A stretch of 53,319 nt of DNA from a virus (lineage: Duplodnaviria; Caudoviricetes). Under the pieces are notes generated by a model, which had not been told where the DNA came from, made no database searches, and was given only the letters and a program-made list of their open reading frames with translations. Of this stretch, positions 7,156 to 17,957 are shown piece after piece. Position numbers and translations under genes: made by a program. The stretch's first letter is position 1. Every line of letters starts with the position of its first letter. The stretch is from positions 1 to 53,319 of the IMG/VR virus record IMGVR_UViG_3300013212_000038; one strand, given 5' to 3'.

Positions 7156-10100
7156 CGCAGGGCCTCGGAGACGGAGCCGCGCATCTCCTTGGGCGCGGTG
7201 CGCGTGAAGCGGTCGGCCTTGTCGGTCTGCATCTCCTTGAGCCGGCGCTTGACCTGGGAGCTGTTGATGGCGATGCGGCTCTCCGGGTTGGTGGCGTTCC
7301 AGTCCGCCAGCTGCTGGCGGGCCTCGTTGACCATGTCCACATCGCGCTCGCGCAGGCCCTGCGCCCACTGGTCGGCAATGCTGGACTCCACCACGCGCGC
7401 CAGCTTTATGCGCTTGTCCTGCTCGCTGATCTTGGCGTTCTCCCGCGCGAGCTCGGCCGGCTGGAAGCCGATCAGCTTCATGACGGCGTCGATCTCGTCC
7501 GTGGCCATGACCCGGCGGCCCTTGCCGTCGCGCGCCTCGCCGTCGATCCACATCGTGGCGGCCTTGCCGACGTTCTGCAGGGCGCCTGGCAGCATGCCCA
7601 GTGCCGCGTCGCCGAGGTTGCCGTCCAGCGCCTTGCGGCCGGCGTCCTTGTATTGCTTCACCATCGCGCCGACCGGCCCGGCAAGCTCGAGCACGTCGCC
7701 GCTCACGTCGGTGTTGGACTTCATGAGCATGCCGGTACCCGGCAGCAGGTTGCCCATGCCCATGCGCATCGACACGTCCAGCGGGATGCCTGGCAGCGCC
7801 GACAGGCCGCGCATGACGACGTCGGCGCCGGTGTCGCCCATGCCCAGCGTGCGGCCCAGGAACTCGCGCTTCCAGCCCTTGGCCGAGGTATCGAAACCCA
7901 GGGCCTGCATGACGGTGTCGGCCAGGTCGTTGACATCCTCCGCGAACGGCAGGCCTTCGGAGCCGCCGGCCATGAAGAGCAGTGCCATGGCGAAGAGCAC
8001 CGCCTTTCGGCCCTCGGTGCGCTCGCGGCTGCCGGGCTCGCCAGCGTTCCACATGCGCTTGATCCACTCCAGGTAGTGGATGCTGTACTGCTTGAAGGTC
8101 AGCGCCGTGGCGCCGATGGGGTTGCGGGCCCAGTTGGGCGCATTGCCCTTGTTGTAGAGGCCCTGGGTCTCGACAACAGCCTCATGCGCGAACGCGAAGG
8201 GGTCGGCCATGCCCTCGGCCTTGGCGGTCGCATAGGCGGCCAGGAAGGTCACGCGGCGGTTGAACTGCTCGGCCACGGAGAACGGCGCACCCCACAGGAA
8301 GGCGGCACGCTTGAGCACGGGGTTCTTGCCCCAGCTGGCCATGGCCTCCGCCGTGAGGTGGTGGATCTCCTGCGGGCTCACGATGCCATCCTTCTCGGCG
8401 CGCTTCAGCGCCTCGGCCGTTTCGGTGTCGGTGATCTTCCCACCGGCCGCCTGGCGGGCGCTGGCCATCAATCGGGCCGCGGCCTTGACCGGGCCGCCCC
8501 ACTGGCTGAGCCAGGGCAGCGTCATCATCACCGGCTGCGTGACGTTGACCAGCGCCGAGGCCACCGAGCCGCCGATGAAGTGCGCGAACATCAGCCCGCG
8601 CACGACGCCCGCGGTGTCGGTCGGGTTCTGCACGGCCTCGATGAGCTTGACGCCCTCGTCCTTGATGTCGCCAGCGCGGATCTGCTCGGCGGCCTCCTTG
8701 GCCTGCGGCATGTTCATGGCGCCGGCGGCCAGGCGGGCGTTGCTGGTCACGAATGACGCCAGCACGCGGGTGACCTCGGAGCTGAAACCCTCGGTGCCCT
8801 TGCGCTTGATCAGGCGCTTGAGCGCGCTGCGGTTGTTCTTCGTCAGCCGCAGCCACTCCTGGTAGACGGCCGACTGCTCGGCGCCGATGGCATCGGCGAA
8901 CATCTCCAGCGACTCCACGGGGATGCCGCTGAAGAGCTTGAAGGCCTCCTGCGACATCGTGCCCTGCTCCACCCGGCCGGCGAACTGATCATCGGCGCCC
9001 AGGTCACGCGCCATGCGGTTCGCCTCGGCCCGGGTCTCGTAGAGGCCGAAGAACTCCTGCTGCCCCTCGGCACCCTTGACCGAGACGAAGTACTTGCCGA
9101 AGCGCATCAGCGGCGCGTACCCCCTGCCCTTCAGCTGGTCGACGCGGTCGAACTTCTCGACGATGTCGGCCAGGGTGCTCTGAAGCTGCTCGCGCTTGTT
9201 GGCGTCGTCCTCGGCCTTGATGCGGTCCTGCAGGTGCGCTTCCACGGCGGCCCGGAAGCCGGCGCGGTTGCCCATCGCCGCCGCGCGGATCTCCGGCGTC
9301 GCTTCGCCGAGCAGGCGCAGCGCGTCAGCCGAAGCCACCTGGTCAAGCGACTCGTTCACGGCGGCCCGGAACTGCTGGTAGACGCCCACCTGGGCCTCAT
9401 TCAGCCCGAACAGCTGCTGGAGTTCGGCCGGGCTGAACACCACGCCGGGCTGCAGGTACTCCTGGGCGTAGCGGTTGCGGATGGCGCCCTCGTAGATGTC
9501 CAGCGGCGTGGCCTTCCAGCGCTTCAGCTCGGTCTCGGTGACCTTGCCGTCCCGGAACAACACCCGCTCCTTCTCCGCCGTGCTCATCTGCTCGGCCTGG
9601 GCCTGCAGGTCGTCGAACTTCACCAGCTTGCCGCCCTGGCGCGACCAATTCAGCGTGCCCTCGAAGATCGGCGCGGCCACGGCCTTCTGGTCGGCGGTGC
9701 TGAGCCCGCGCTTGGCAGCCGCGAACACGTCGCGCACGCTCTCCAGCTTGGGCAGGATGTCCGGCGCCTGGTCGGCGGCCTCGTTGGCCAGCATCGACGT
9801 GTCCTCGATGTACTGCTGGACGTGGCGGAACACCTTGCCGTACTCGGGGTGGGCCTTGGCCTTGTCGTACTGGGTGCCCAGCGTCTTCTGCCACCAGTTC
9901 ACCTGCTCGCCCGCGGACTTGAAGCGGTCGGCCAGCGCATCGCGAATGGCCTGCTGGTTGATACCGGCCAGCGGGCTCGTGCGGCTGAACTGCGGCTCGG
10001 CCCGGGAGGCCGCGGCCAGGTCCACCCCGGTGGTCACCTGCGGCACATCCAGGCCGTCGGCCTCACCCTGGGCCGCTGGGTCCGTGTTGATGCCAGCCCG

Positions 10101-13100
10101 CGCCACGCCAGCGACGAAGGTCTCGATCTGGGCGTCCGTGAACTGCATCTGCAGGCCCAGGGCCTGGGCCATGGACCGCAGCCAGTTGCGGATCATGCTG
10201 GCCAGCCGCTTCCAGCCGCGCAGGCTCTGCGCCTTGCCTTCGCCAGCCATGTCGGCCAGCGCTTCCTCGATGGCCTCGTCTCGGCTGATCTTGAGCTCGC
10301 GCGCCACCAGGTCGGCGCGCTCGCGCAGGCGCTGGTTCGATGCGTACATCTGGCGCAGCAGCTGACGGCTCTGGTCGCCGAACATCGCCCCGAGGCCGCG
10401 GTGGAAGGCCTCGTGCATCACCACGAAGTGCAGTTCGTCGGGCGAGGTGATGTTGTCGGTGAAGACGTAGATTTGGTCCGTGCTCGGGAAGTAGGCCCCG
10501 CGCACGTCGTCGCCGAAGCCGCTGAGCTTGGCCCGCAGCTGCGCCGGCAGGTCGTCGAAGTTGCGGGCCACGTTGACCCGGTGCAGGCCTGCGGCCTCGT
10601 ACTGGCGCGCCGCGATCTCGGCCAGGCGGATGGGGTAGCCCTTGCCGCTGGAGCCGCGCAGCAGCTCCACCAGGCGGTTGGCCTTCGGGCCTACTTCGCT
10701 TTCTTGGCCGCTGCCAGGTTCGCCTTCTGCCGCGCGTCCGGCTTCCAGTTCTCCAGCAGGTGCCGATCGCGCGCCCGCACTTCCTCGCGCGTCAGCCCCT
10801 TGCGCTGCTCGGTAGCTTTCCCAGTCGGTTGTTGCGTTGCCATAAGTGTCCTTGTAGCCGGCGCCCATCTTCTGCCAGAAGGCATCGGACTGGTCCAGGA
10901 TGTCGATGATTCTCACCGGGCCGTCGGCGTTCGCCAAGATGGCGGCCATGACCTTGCGGCCGGCGCCGGCGCGCTTGTCGGTCATCTCGATGTCGTGCAC
11001 TGCGTCGATCTGCCCGTCTGGGTTCACTTCCAGGTAGGCCTCGCCCAGCACGCCGCCGTCGTTGTCGGTGATCAGGAACTTGTGCGCGGTGTTGCCCTCG
11101 CGGACATGCACCGTGTGGCCCAGCGGCAGCGAGTTCTCAGCGAACTCGTCCTGGGTGTCCATCTTGAGCAGCGAGATCAGCGACACGTCACGGCCGTAGT
11201 ACTCGGGGCCCTCGGTGTTCTGCTCGGTGTTCACCCAGCGCAAGGCGGCGCGGTCAGCGTCAGCGCGACGGCTGAAGATGGCCACGCCGCGTTCGGTATC
11301 GCGCGTCTGGATGGCGTCGACCAGTTGCTGGAAGGCCTGCTGCATCTGCAGGCGCTCTTCGCCGGCGGGGAACGGAATGGACTTGCCGGTCTCCTCGCTC
11401 CACTTGCGCCAGCCCTCGCTGTCGACAAGGCCACTCAGGTACAGGCTTTCACGCTGGCGGTCGCGCAGCGCATCCATGGCGAAGGTCTCGAACGCGCGGG
11501 CGAACTTCTCCCACGGTGTGGACCAGTAGCCGTCGCCAGACTGCTTCTTGGCGTCCATGGCGTCGGACGCCCGGGCATAGTTCGTCGGCACCTGGGGGAT
11601 GTGCGAGGCCATGAACCGCGCTTCGTCGGCAAGGTCAGCCAGCCGGTAGGCGATGGTGAAGGCCTGGGCGCCGATGGCATTGCCCGGCGTCAAGTTGGCC
11701 GCGCGCATCATCTCGGCCAAGTTTGTCTCGACGTCGGTGTCCTGGGGCTCGCCGAGGTCTCCACGCTTGAGCTTTTCAGCCACGGCATCCAGGGCCGCCT
11801 TGTCGGCGCCGCGGTTGCCCTTGAACTCCTCGATCCAGCGGTCCAGCCGGCGCTGGTTCAGCGCGCGCTGATCGGCGATGTATTGCTTCGCCTCAGCCTC
11901 GGTCATCGGTCGCGTGTTGATCGTCTTCATGACAGCACGCATGGCCGCCATGAGATCGGGGCGCACGCCGCCAGCGTTTCCGATGCTCTCGGCCACGGCC
12001 GACAGGTACGGCCGCTTGCTCATAGACGCGGCCTGACCGTGCTGGGTGGCGAGGTAGTGGTCCAGCGCGTGGCCGAACTCGTGCGCCAGCGCGCCTGCGC
12101 CGGAATCGCGGGTGATGTTGATCTCGTTCACGCCCGGCACGAAGTGCGCCAGCGCCTTGCCTGAGCCCTGCGCACCAATGGCCACCCCCAGCGTACCGTC
12201 AAGACTCATCGCCTTCGGCGGCACGCCGAGAACGTCGGCCAGGTCGTTGAAGGCGTCGAAGACGTGGTTCAGGTGCAACTGCGCCACGTTCTGCTTGGCC
12301 TTGACGTACTCGCCAAGGTTCACACCGCGAAAGCCGAAGTGCTGCATCACTTCTTCAGCAGTCACGTCACGGCCGTTGCGCCAGTCTGGGCCGGTTCGCG
12401 TCGCAGCGCCGAGCTCAAGGCCGCGGCTCGGCGGCAGAGTCTCACGCTTGCGCACGACAAGCGATCGCGCGAAGGCCTCGGCAAGTTCCTGAGACGCATA
12501 GCCACCATCCTGGCCGCCCTTGGCGAGCCGCCAGCGCGAGCCCTTCTCGTAGACATAGAAGCGCTGCTGCGGCTCACCGGTGCGCTCGGCCTCTGGGATA
12601 TCGTTGTCTCGTGTCTCAGCCGCCCGGACCTCGTAGGACTTCTGCCACGCCTCTTGCTTCGCGGGGAAGCCATCGGCCAGCAGGTCCTTCACCTTCATCA
12701 GCTCGCGAGAACTGAACTGCAGGGCCTGCACCAGCGAATTGCCGCCAGCCATCATGGCGCGGCGGTTGTTCTCCTTGCCCTGCTCGCTTCCACGGTCGAA
12801 TGGGCTCGGGCGGCCGTACACCGCGCGTGCATCGACAGGCACCGGGAAGACCTTGCCGAAGACGTTCTCTGACCTGAGCATCTTCCATAGATCGCCTGAG
12901 CCGCCCAGCTTCTCCACGCGATCAAGTTCCGCGGTCAGGGCTTCGCGCACCTTGTTGACCGTCTCGATATAGGCCTGCAGGTCTGCATCGGTCGGCACGC
13001 TGCGGGTAACGGGAGCGACGGCGATCTTGTCGTAGACCACCTTCAGCATCGCCGCTTTCCAGGCGGGCGCACCGTCCGCGACCATCTTGGCGTAGTCGGG

Positions 13101-16043
13101 GCGCGGCCAGACGTTCGTCTTCACGACCTGCGCCACCTTGAGCGTGTCGTTCATGCCGGACACGTCATCCCAGGCAAGGCCCTTGAGCTTGCCGCGGCGG
13201 TTGCGGATCAGCTCCTCGCCAGCATCCGTGAGCCGGTCGCTCTTCTTGGACTGCGAGGTCTCCTTCGCAAGGGGCGTGCCGGTCTGCTTCGGATCTTTAA
13301 CCCAGGCCTTGAACTCCTCCACTGGCATGGCCGTGATGGACTTCAGTCCCTTCCAGCCCTTGGCATAGTTCGCCGCGTAGGCGTCTCGGGCCTCCTGCTC
13401 GTTGTCGAAGCCGATCAGCGCCTTGTGCTCGTCGAACTTGCCCGTGGACGGGTCCACCTGGTCAACCACGAACACCGGCCCGCCAAAGTCCTCCGGCGTG
13501 CCCGGCTTCACGAAGACGTCGACATGGTCCTTGTCCGCGCCCACCGTGCCTCGGATGTAGCCGTAGTGGTGCTGCAGGGTGTTCTGCCAGGCCTTTCCGT
13601 CGCGGTCGATGCCACTGCGCGTGCTGCCCCGAGGGTTCTCGATGCTGATGTCCAGACCGGCCACGCGGATGCGGCCCACCTTGTAATTGCCGGCCTCCTT
13701 CTGGGCCTGGGTCGGCTCAGGCAGCTCGTTGGCCGGACTGGTGGCGGCCTCATTCGCTGCCTGGTCAATCAATGCACCGTCGCTTCCGGGTCCATCGTTG
13801 CGAGATGCCAGGCGTTGCTCATCACCTGGTGCAGGTGCGGCGGCAGCGTCACGAAGTCCGCCGACCGGAACCACGCGGGCAGCTCCTCGGCCTGCTCCCA
13901 CGTCAGCAGCCCCTCGTCCTCCAGATCCTGCAGCGTCACGCTCTCCACCGCTCACCTCCTCCACGGTGAAACCGCCCTCCACGGGCACGACCTTGCCGCC
14001 GACCTTGTTGGCCTCCACCGTCGCCTTGGTGCGGCTGCGGTAGACCGTCGGCACTTCGAGCCCACCAGCAGCGGGCACGGGCGCCTGAGCGGCGGCATCG
14101 GCCAGTCGCTGCTCGGGGGACAGTGGGTCCTGGCCCTGCGACTGCATCACGCGGATGACGTCGCGACGGGTGATGCGCCCCGCCCTGAAGTCCTGAACGA
14201 AAGCCCGGGCCTGCGGGGTGGCCACCTGTCGCATGCGCTCGACGTAGTCCAGCACCGGGTCGCTGCTCTCCACCGGCACGGGCGCCAGGTCGATCGGGTC
14301 GGTGCGGCGGCGCTCGGGCATCTGCACGGGCGGCGCAGGGCGCTTCGGGCGGCCCTCGCCGTAGACGGCCGAAGCCCGGCGGCCCTGCGGCTCGATCGTG
14401 CTGGCCTCGGCCGCTGCCGCAGCGCGGGCTTCCTGGCCCCGCTGCACCGCTTGGCCGGTGTTGATGGCGTCCAGGCGGGTCTCGGGCGTGACCACGCCGG
14501 TGCGGTCGACGCGCATGGTGCCGGTGCGGCGGGTGTCGGCTTCCAGCTGAGGCACCGCCGGCGCAGGCTGGCCGGTCAGTGCTTCCCGCCCGAAGGCCTG
14601 CGGCGCGATACCAGGCGCTTGCGCCGGGCTGCCGGTGGGCTGCAGCAGCGCGCGGCCCAGGATGGTCTCGGCCAGGGTCACGATGCGCTCGCGCGTGGCC
14701 GCGGGCATGCCGTTGGCACCATCGGGGCGGCCGGCCTGCTGGGTGTAGTAGAGGATGGTGTTCAGCGCGTCATCGCCCAGCCGTGCCCGGACCGTCTCGC
14801 GGACCTCGGGCGTGCGCAGCTGCTCGTTCAGCGTTTCCAGGCGATCCAGGAGCGGCGGCGTGTCAATGAACTGGGCTGAGGCCTGGGCGGCTGGCGCAGT
14901 CGCAGCGGCCGAGCGTTGCACGGGCACGGGCTGAGCGGGACCCGCATCCCGCGGGCCGCCGAACTTGATGCCCTGCTGGTCCGCCTGCATCTGCCGTTCC
15001 ATGGCCGTGAGGGCCCGGTCCTCTTGGTCAGGGGACAGACCGGCAGCCGCGGGCGCGCCGATGTCGAGCGGCGCATTGGCCAGCTCCTGGGCCGAGGCGA
15101 TCATGTCGCCCACGTTGTCGGCCGTGGCGAGCTTGTTCATGGACTCTTCGGCAGTGGGCACCACCGGCGCCGTCGGCCGGCTGCTGTGGCCGAACGGGGC
15201 CGCGCCGGCACCCATCGCGCCACCGGCCAGGGCGCCCATGGCCGCGGCGTTGCCCACGCCTTCATCCCAGGGCTTGCCCAGCGCCACGTTCTGCGCGATC
15301 TGCTCCTGGGCCGACTGGGGCAGCTCTTGCAGCACCCCCTCCGTCGCGAAGCCCTCCATCAGCGCCCGAGCCAGGGACTTCTGAGCCTTGGGCCCGGCCT
15401 GCTGAACGCCGGCCACCAGCTGGTCAATGTCGCCGATGCCCAGACGGTTGGCGATCTTGCCCGCCACGCCGCCGATCAGACCCGTGAGCACGCCAGAAGC
15501 GCCCGCCAGCGCGGACTGCTGGCCCGTCAGCAGGCCGTTGGCTGTCTCCTGGCGCACCTGCTCGGCGGTCTGGCCGGCCGACACCGCGCCCTCACCGATG
15601 CCCGCAGCCACGGCACCACCAATGCGCGGCAGCAGGGTAAGCGCGCCGCGCGCCACGGCGCCGGCCGGGAGCAGCGAAGGCGCCGACTCCACCGCCGACT
15701 GCAGGATGGTGGACGGGTTGCGCACCGCGGCCACCGTGGTGTCCACGAACCCTTGCGCCTGCTGCACCTCGCGGTTGGCAGCCTGCTGCTCGGGAGAGTA
15801 GAGCTCGTCCAGCGACGCCTTGGCGTCCTTGGGTCGGAAGCCGAGGCTCTCCGCGGCCTTGCCGACATAGCCGCCTGTCGGGATGTCGGCCAGGCCCACC
15901 AGCGCCTCGGGAACGCCAATGACGCCCTTCATGAGCGATACACCGGTGTCGCCCAGCGCCCGCCGCGCGAGACCGGTCTTCTGAGGCGGCGCGGGTGCGT
16001 CGCTGGCCAGGTCGATGCCGTGAAGGTCGAAGAGAGTGGGCAT
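7152..16043 (-). CDS. Giant polyvalent virion/ejection protein (InPase, LPD5/LPD1-like, two HExxH metallopeptidase-like, GNAT-like and PLxRFG domains)
   Basis: 2963 aa; AQKEAGNYK..IENPRGS..YGYIRGTVGADKDHVDVFV; HEFGHALDH; YWSTPWEKFARAFE; RAGAGRK..FWQKMG; HEAFH; YAPLMRFG. Confidence 0.9.
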   Translation of the reverse strand: MPTLFDLHGIDLASDAPAPPQKTGLARRALGDTGVSLMKGVIGVPEALVGLADIPTGGYVGKAAESLGFRPKDAKASLDELYSPEQQAANREVQQAQGFVDTTVAAVRNPSTILQSAVESAPSLLPAGAVARGALTLLPRIGGAVAAGIGEGAVSAGQTAEQVRQETANGLLTGQQSALAGASGVLTGLIGGVAGKIANRLGIGDIDQLVAGVQQAGPKAQKSLARALMEGFATEGVLQELPQSAQEQIAQNVALGKPWDEGVGNAAAMGALAGGAMGAGAAPFGHSSRPTAPVVPTAEESMNKLATADNVGDMIASAQELANAPLDIGAPAAAGLSPDQEDRALTAMERQMQADQQGIKFGGPRDAGPAQPVPVQRSAAATAPAAQASAQFIDTPPLLDRLETLNEQLRTPEVRETVRARLGDDALNTILYYTQQAGRPDGANGMPAATRERIVTLAETILGRALLQPTGSPAQAPGIAPQAFGREALTGQPAPAVPQLEADTRRTGTMRVDRTGVVTPETRLDAINTGQAVQRGQEARAAAAAEASTIEPQGRRASAVYGEGRPKRPAPPVQMPERRRTDPIDLAPVPVESSDPVLDYVERMRQVATPQARAFVQDFRAGRITRRDVIRVMQSQGQDPLSPEQRLADAAAQAPVPAAGGLEVPTVYRSRTKATVEANKVGGKVVPVEGGFTVEEVSGGERDAAGSGGRGAADVGAGRGAARVVPVGGLRDAAAAPAPGDEQRLASRNDGPGSDGALIDQAANEAATSPANELPEPTQAQKEAGNYKVGRIRVAGLDISIENPRGSTRSGIDRDGKAWQNTLQHHYGYIRGTVGADKDHVDVFVKPGTPEDFGGPVFVVDQVDPSTGKFDEHKALIGFDNEQEARDAYAANYAKGWKGLKSITAMPVEEFKAWVKDPKQTGTPLAKETSQSKKSDRLTDAGEELIRNRRGKLKGLAWDDVSGMNDTLKVAQVVKTNVWPRPDYAKMVADGAPAWKAAMLKVVYDKIAVAPVTRSVPTDADLQAYIETVNKVREALTAELDRVEKLGGSGDLWKMLRSENVFGKVFPVPVDARAVYGRPSPFDRGSEQGKENNRRAMMAGGNSLVQALQFSSRELMKVKDLLADGFPAKQEAWQKSYEVRAAETRDNDIPEAERTGEPQQRFYVYEKGSRWRLAKGGQDGGYASQELAEAFARSLVVRKRETLPPSRGLELGAATRTGPDWRNGRDVTAEEVMQHFGFRGVNLGEYVKAKQNVAQLHLNHVFDAFNDLADVLGVPPKAMSLDGTLGVAIGAQGSGKALAHFVPGVNEINITRDSGAGALAHEFGHALDHYLATQHGQAASMSKRPYLSAVAESIGNAGGVRPDLMAAMRAVMKTINTRPMTEAEAKQYIADQRALNQRRLDRWIEEFKGNRGADKAALDAVAEKLKRGDLGEPQDTDVETNLAEMMRAANLTPGNAIGAQAFTIAYRLADLADEARFMASHIPQVPTNYARASDAMDAKKQSGDGYWSTPWEKFARAFETFAMDALRDRQRESLYLSGLVDSEGWRKWSEETGKSIPFPAGEERLQMQQAFQQLVDAIQTRDTERGVAIFSRRADADRAALRWVNTEQNTEGPEYYGRDVSLISLLKMDTQDEFAENSLPLGHTVHVREGNTAHKFLITDNDGGVLGEAYLEVNPDGQIDAVHDIEMTDKRAGAGRKVMAAILANADGPVRIIDILDQSDAFWQKMGAGYKDTYGNATTDWESYRAAQGADARGSAGARSAPAGELEAGRAAEGEPGSGQESEVGPKANRLVELLRGSSGKGYPIRLAEIAARQYEAAGLHRVNVARNFDDLPAQLRAKLSGFGDDVRGAYFPSTDQIYVFTDNITSPDELHFVVMHEAFHRGLGAMFGDQSRQLLRQMYASNQRLRERADLVARELKISRDEAIEEALADMAGEGKAQSLRGWKRLASMIRNWLRSMAQALGLQMQFTDAQIETFVAGVARAGINTDPAAQGEADGLDVPQVTTGVDLAAASRAEPQFSRTSPLAGINQQAIRDALADRFKSAGEQVNWWQKTLGTQYDKAKAHPEYGKVFRHVQQYIEDTSMLANEAADQAPDILPKLESVRDVFAAAKRGLSTADQKAVAAPIFEGTLNWSRQGGKLVKFDDLQAQAEQMSTAEKERVLFRDGKVTETELKRWKATPLDIYEGAIRNRYAQEYLQPGVVFSPAELQQLFGLNEAQVGVYQQFRAAVNESLDQVASADALRLLGEATPEIRAAAMGNRAGFRAAVEAHLQDRIKAEDDANKREQLQSTLADIVEKFDRVDQLKGRGYAPLMRFGKYFVSVKGAEGQQEFFGLYETRAEANRMARDLGADDQFAGRVEQGTMSQEAFKLFSGIPVESLEMFADAIGAEQSAVYQEWLRLTKNNRSALKRLIKRKGTEGFSSEVTRVLASFVTSNARLAAGAMNMPQAKEAAEQIRAGDIKDEGVKLIEAVQNPTDTAGVVRGLMFAHFIGGSVASALVNVTQPVMMTLPWLSQWGGPVKAAARLMASARQAAGGKITDTETAEALKRAEKDGIVSPQEIHHLTAEAMASWGKNPVLKRAAFLWGAPFSVAEQFNRRVTFLAAYATAKAEGMADPFAFAHEAVVETQGLYNKGNAPNWARNPIGATALTFKQYSIHYLEWIKRMWNAGEPGSRERTEGRKAVLFAMALLFMAGGSEGLPFAEDVNDLADTVMQALGFDTSAKGWKREFLGRTLGMGDTGADVVMRGLSALPGIPLDVSMRMGMGNLLPGTGMLMKSNTDVSGDVLELAGPVGAMVKQYKDAGRKALDGNLGDAALGMLPGALQNVGKAATMWIDGEARDGKGRRVMATDEIDAVMKLIGFQPAELARENAKISEQDKRIKLARVVESSIADQWAQGLRERDVDMVNEARQQLADWNATNPESRIAINSSQVKRRLKEMQTDKADRFTRTAPKEMRGSVSEALR

Positions 16044-16046
16044 GGC

Positions 16047-17324
16047 TTACCGGATGGTCCGTTCGATCTGGTTGAGGCGAGTCAGGCGCGCGGTGTCGAG
16101 CCCAGAGCGAGAGGCTGGGTCGCTGTACTTCCGCACCAGCTCCAGCGCATCCATGGACTTCGCGTCGGCGTCAAACTCGGCGCGGGCCCGCTCGACTCGG
16201 GTCCGGCGATCGTTCTCACGCGAGGCGGCCTCATCGCGCAGCTGCTGCTGGCGCGCCTCCCACTTCGCCTGCGGAGATCCTGGCGGCGCCGACTGCTGGG
16301 TGCGGCGCTGCTCCACGAGGTTCTGCGAAGACCCGGACCCGCCGCCCGAGGCCTGCGCCTCCGGCAGCTTGGCGTTCCCATAGGCCGCACGGGTGCCGTT
16401 GATGTCGACGATGAAGTCCTTGGTGCCAGTGCGCTCCGCATCCTGCTGAATGGCCTCAGCCTTTGACGGCCGCCCTGACGGCGCGCGCAGCGCTGCCGCG
16501 AAGTCAGCGGCGTAGCTGCCACCGATCAGCTGGGCCTGCTTCAGCGAGGTCTGAATGTCTGCCAGCGTCGCGCCGGCCGCGAGCAGGTTGGCGGCGTCAT
16601 CGGCGCCGGAGATCAGGCCTTCACGGGCGAACACCCGCATCTTCTGCACCTGCAGCGCCTGCTTCTGCCGCGTGAAGTGCTGCCAGGCCGGGTCGTTCGG
16701 GTCCTGCTTGAGCGTGCCGCCGGCCACGCCGTCGTTGATGGCCTTCTGCAGGGCCTCGTCCTGCTTGTTGATGTCCTGGAGCTGGAGCTTGCCGGCCTCG
16801 GACATCTTCGCGCCCTTGCCACCGTTGGCCGTCTTGTCGAGCCGGTCGTCGTACTCGGCCCGGGCTCGCCACTGCGCTTCCGAGATCGCACCGGCCCGCT
16901 CGGCCTCGAGCGGGGTCATGACCTTGGTGCGGATGCGCTCGGCATCCAGCTTGGCGCCGGCCGTACCCGCGGTGATGGCGTTCTGGGACTCGATCTCAGC
17001 CGGCGTGGTGCCTTGCAGGTACTGCACGCGGTCGTCGATCCGGGCTTGACGCAGCTCGGGGCTGCTGGCCTCGGCCACCCTGCCCGCTAGGTTCTCCTGG
17101 TTGCGCATCTGCAGCAGGTTGCGCTCGTTGCCGAGGCGGCGTTCCTGCACCGGCGCCGACTGCTGGTACTCCTCGGCCCGCACCATGCTGTTGTGCTGGA
17201 TGTCCGCCAGGGCCTGGGCGCGGTTGCGCTGGATCTCGTCGTCGATGTACTTGCCGCTCAGACTGGCGCCCGACGCACCGACCCCTTGGACTGCACCAGC
17301 AAGGAAGTTGCCCAGGCCGCTCAT
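16047..17324 (-). CDS. Putative internal virion (ejection) protein
   Basis: 425 aa, Gly-rich N-terminus, helical, adjacent to the giant protein. Confidence 0.7.
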   Translation of the reverse strand: MSGLGNFLAGAVQGVGASGASLSGKYIDDEIQRNRAQALADIQHNSMVRAEEYQQSAPVQERRLGNERNLLQMRNQENLAGRVAEASSPELRQARIDDRVQYLQGTTPAEIESQNAITAGTAGAKLDAERIRTKVMTPLEAERAGAISEAQWRARAEYDDRLDKTANGGKGAKMSEAGKLQLQDINKQDEALQKAINDGVAGGTLKQDPNDPAWQHFTRQKQALQVQKMRVFAREGLISGADDAANLLAAGATLADIQTSLKQAQLIGGSYAADFAAALRAPSGRPSKAEAIQQDAERTGTKDFIVDINGTRAAYGNAKLPEAQASGGGSGSSQNLVEQRRTQQSAPPGSPQAKWEARQQQLRDEAASRENDRRTRVERARAEFDADAKSMDALELVRKYSDPASRSGLDTARLTRLNQIERTIR

Positions 17325-17956
17325 TGCTGCATCCCCCGCGCCATGGCTTCCTCTTCGGTCTCAGGCGGCTCGCCCTCGGCCTGGTCCTCGGTGGCGTCGG
17401 CTGGGGTGCCTTCCGGCTGCTCGCCCGGCTCGCCGACGTCCTCGGCCTCAGGCTGCTGGCCAGGCTGAGAAGCGCCACCCATGGCCTGCTGAACGCCCTG
17501 CATGATCTGGTCGTCCGTGCCGCCCAGCTTCTTGCCCATGACGACGTACATGCGCACCGCGGCGTCGTTGAAGTCCTGCTGAGTAACCTGGATGCCGGCG
17601 GCGCTGAGCACGTTCGCAGCTTCTTCAAGCAGGCCCAGGCCCGCAGGGAAGAGCGCAGCCACCGGCAGGCCGCCCTGGGACTTCTGGTCGAGCGTGAGCA
17701 TGAGGCCCACCACGTTGTCGGCCAGCTTCTGGTCCACCGGCGTGTTGGCGTTCACCGCTTGGTTCAGTTCATCGCGCATCTCGGGCGAGTACATGAGCTT
17801 CGCGCCCGCAGCCACGATGCGCTCGACGGCATCCTGAAGCTCTGGCGGCGTGACGGCTCGCCAGTCGGGCGCGTTGGCCTCCGCGCCGCCCTGGCCGCCC
17901 TGCTGCTCCGGCTGCTCCGCACGCTGATCGCGCGCCTGTTGCATGAGGTTCGCCAT
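17321..17956 (-). CDS. Hypothetical virion-associated protein
   Basis: 211 aa, acidic C-terminus, coupled to neighbours. Confidence 0.7.
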   Translation of the reverse strand: MANLMQQARDQRAEQPEQQGGQGGAEANAPDWRAVTPPELQDAVERIVAAGAKLMYSPEMRDELNQAVNANTPVDQKLADNVVGLMLTLDQKSQGGLPVAALFPAGLGLLEEAANVLSAAGIQVTQQDFNDAAVRMYVVMGKKLGGTDDQIMQGVQQAMGGASQPGQQPEAEDVGEPGEQPEGTPADATEDQAEGEPPETEEEAMARGMQQ

Positions 17957-17957
17957 G

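Noticed and set aside
6992-7378. N-terminal extension of the 337-aa ORF in the track
   Set aside because: Overlaps the giant gene and the 41-aa peptide; promoter, SD and composition point to GTG 6991.
9234-12164. 976-aa plus-strand ORF, and similar ones at 22731-24971, 28841-31249, 33222-35120 and 27669-29411
   Set aside because: Antisense shadows of well-supported minus-strand genes; expected in high-GC DNA and without recognisable motifs.
7152-16043. DarB methylase/helicase or virion RNA polymerase call for the giant gene
   Set aside because: No NPP(Y/F), DEAH-type or polymerase motifs recognised.
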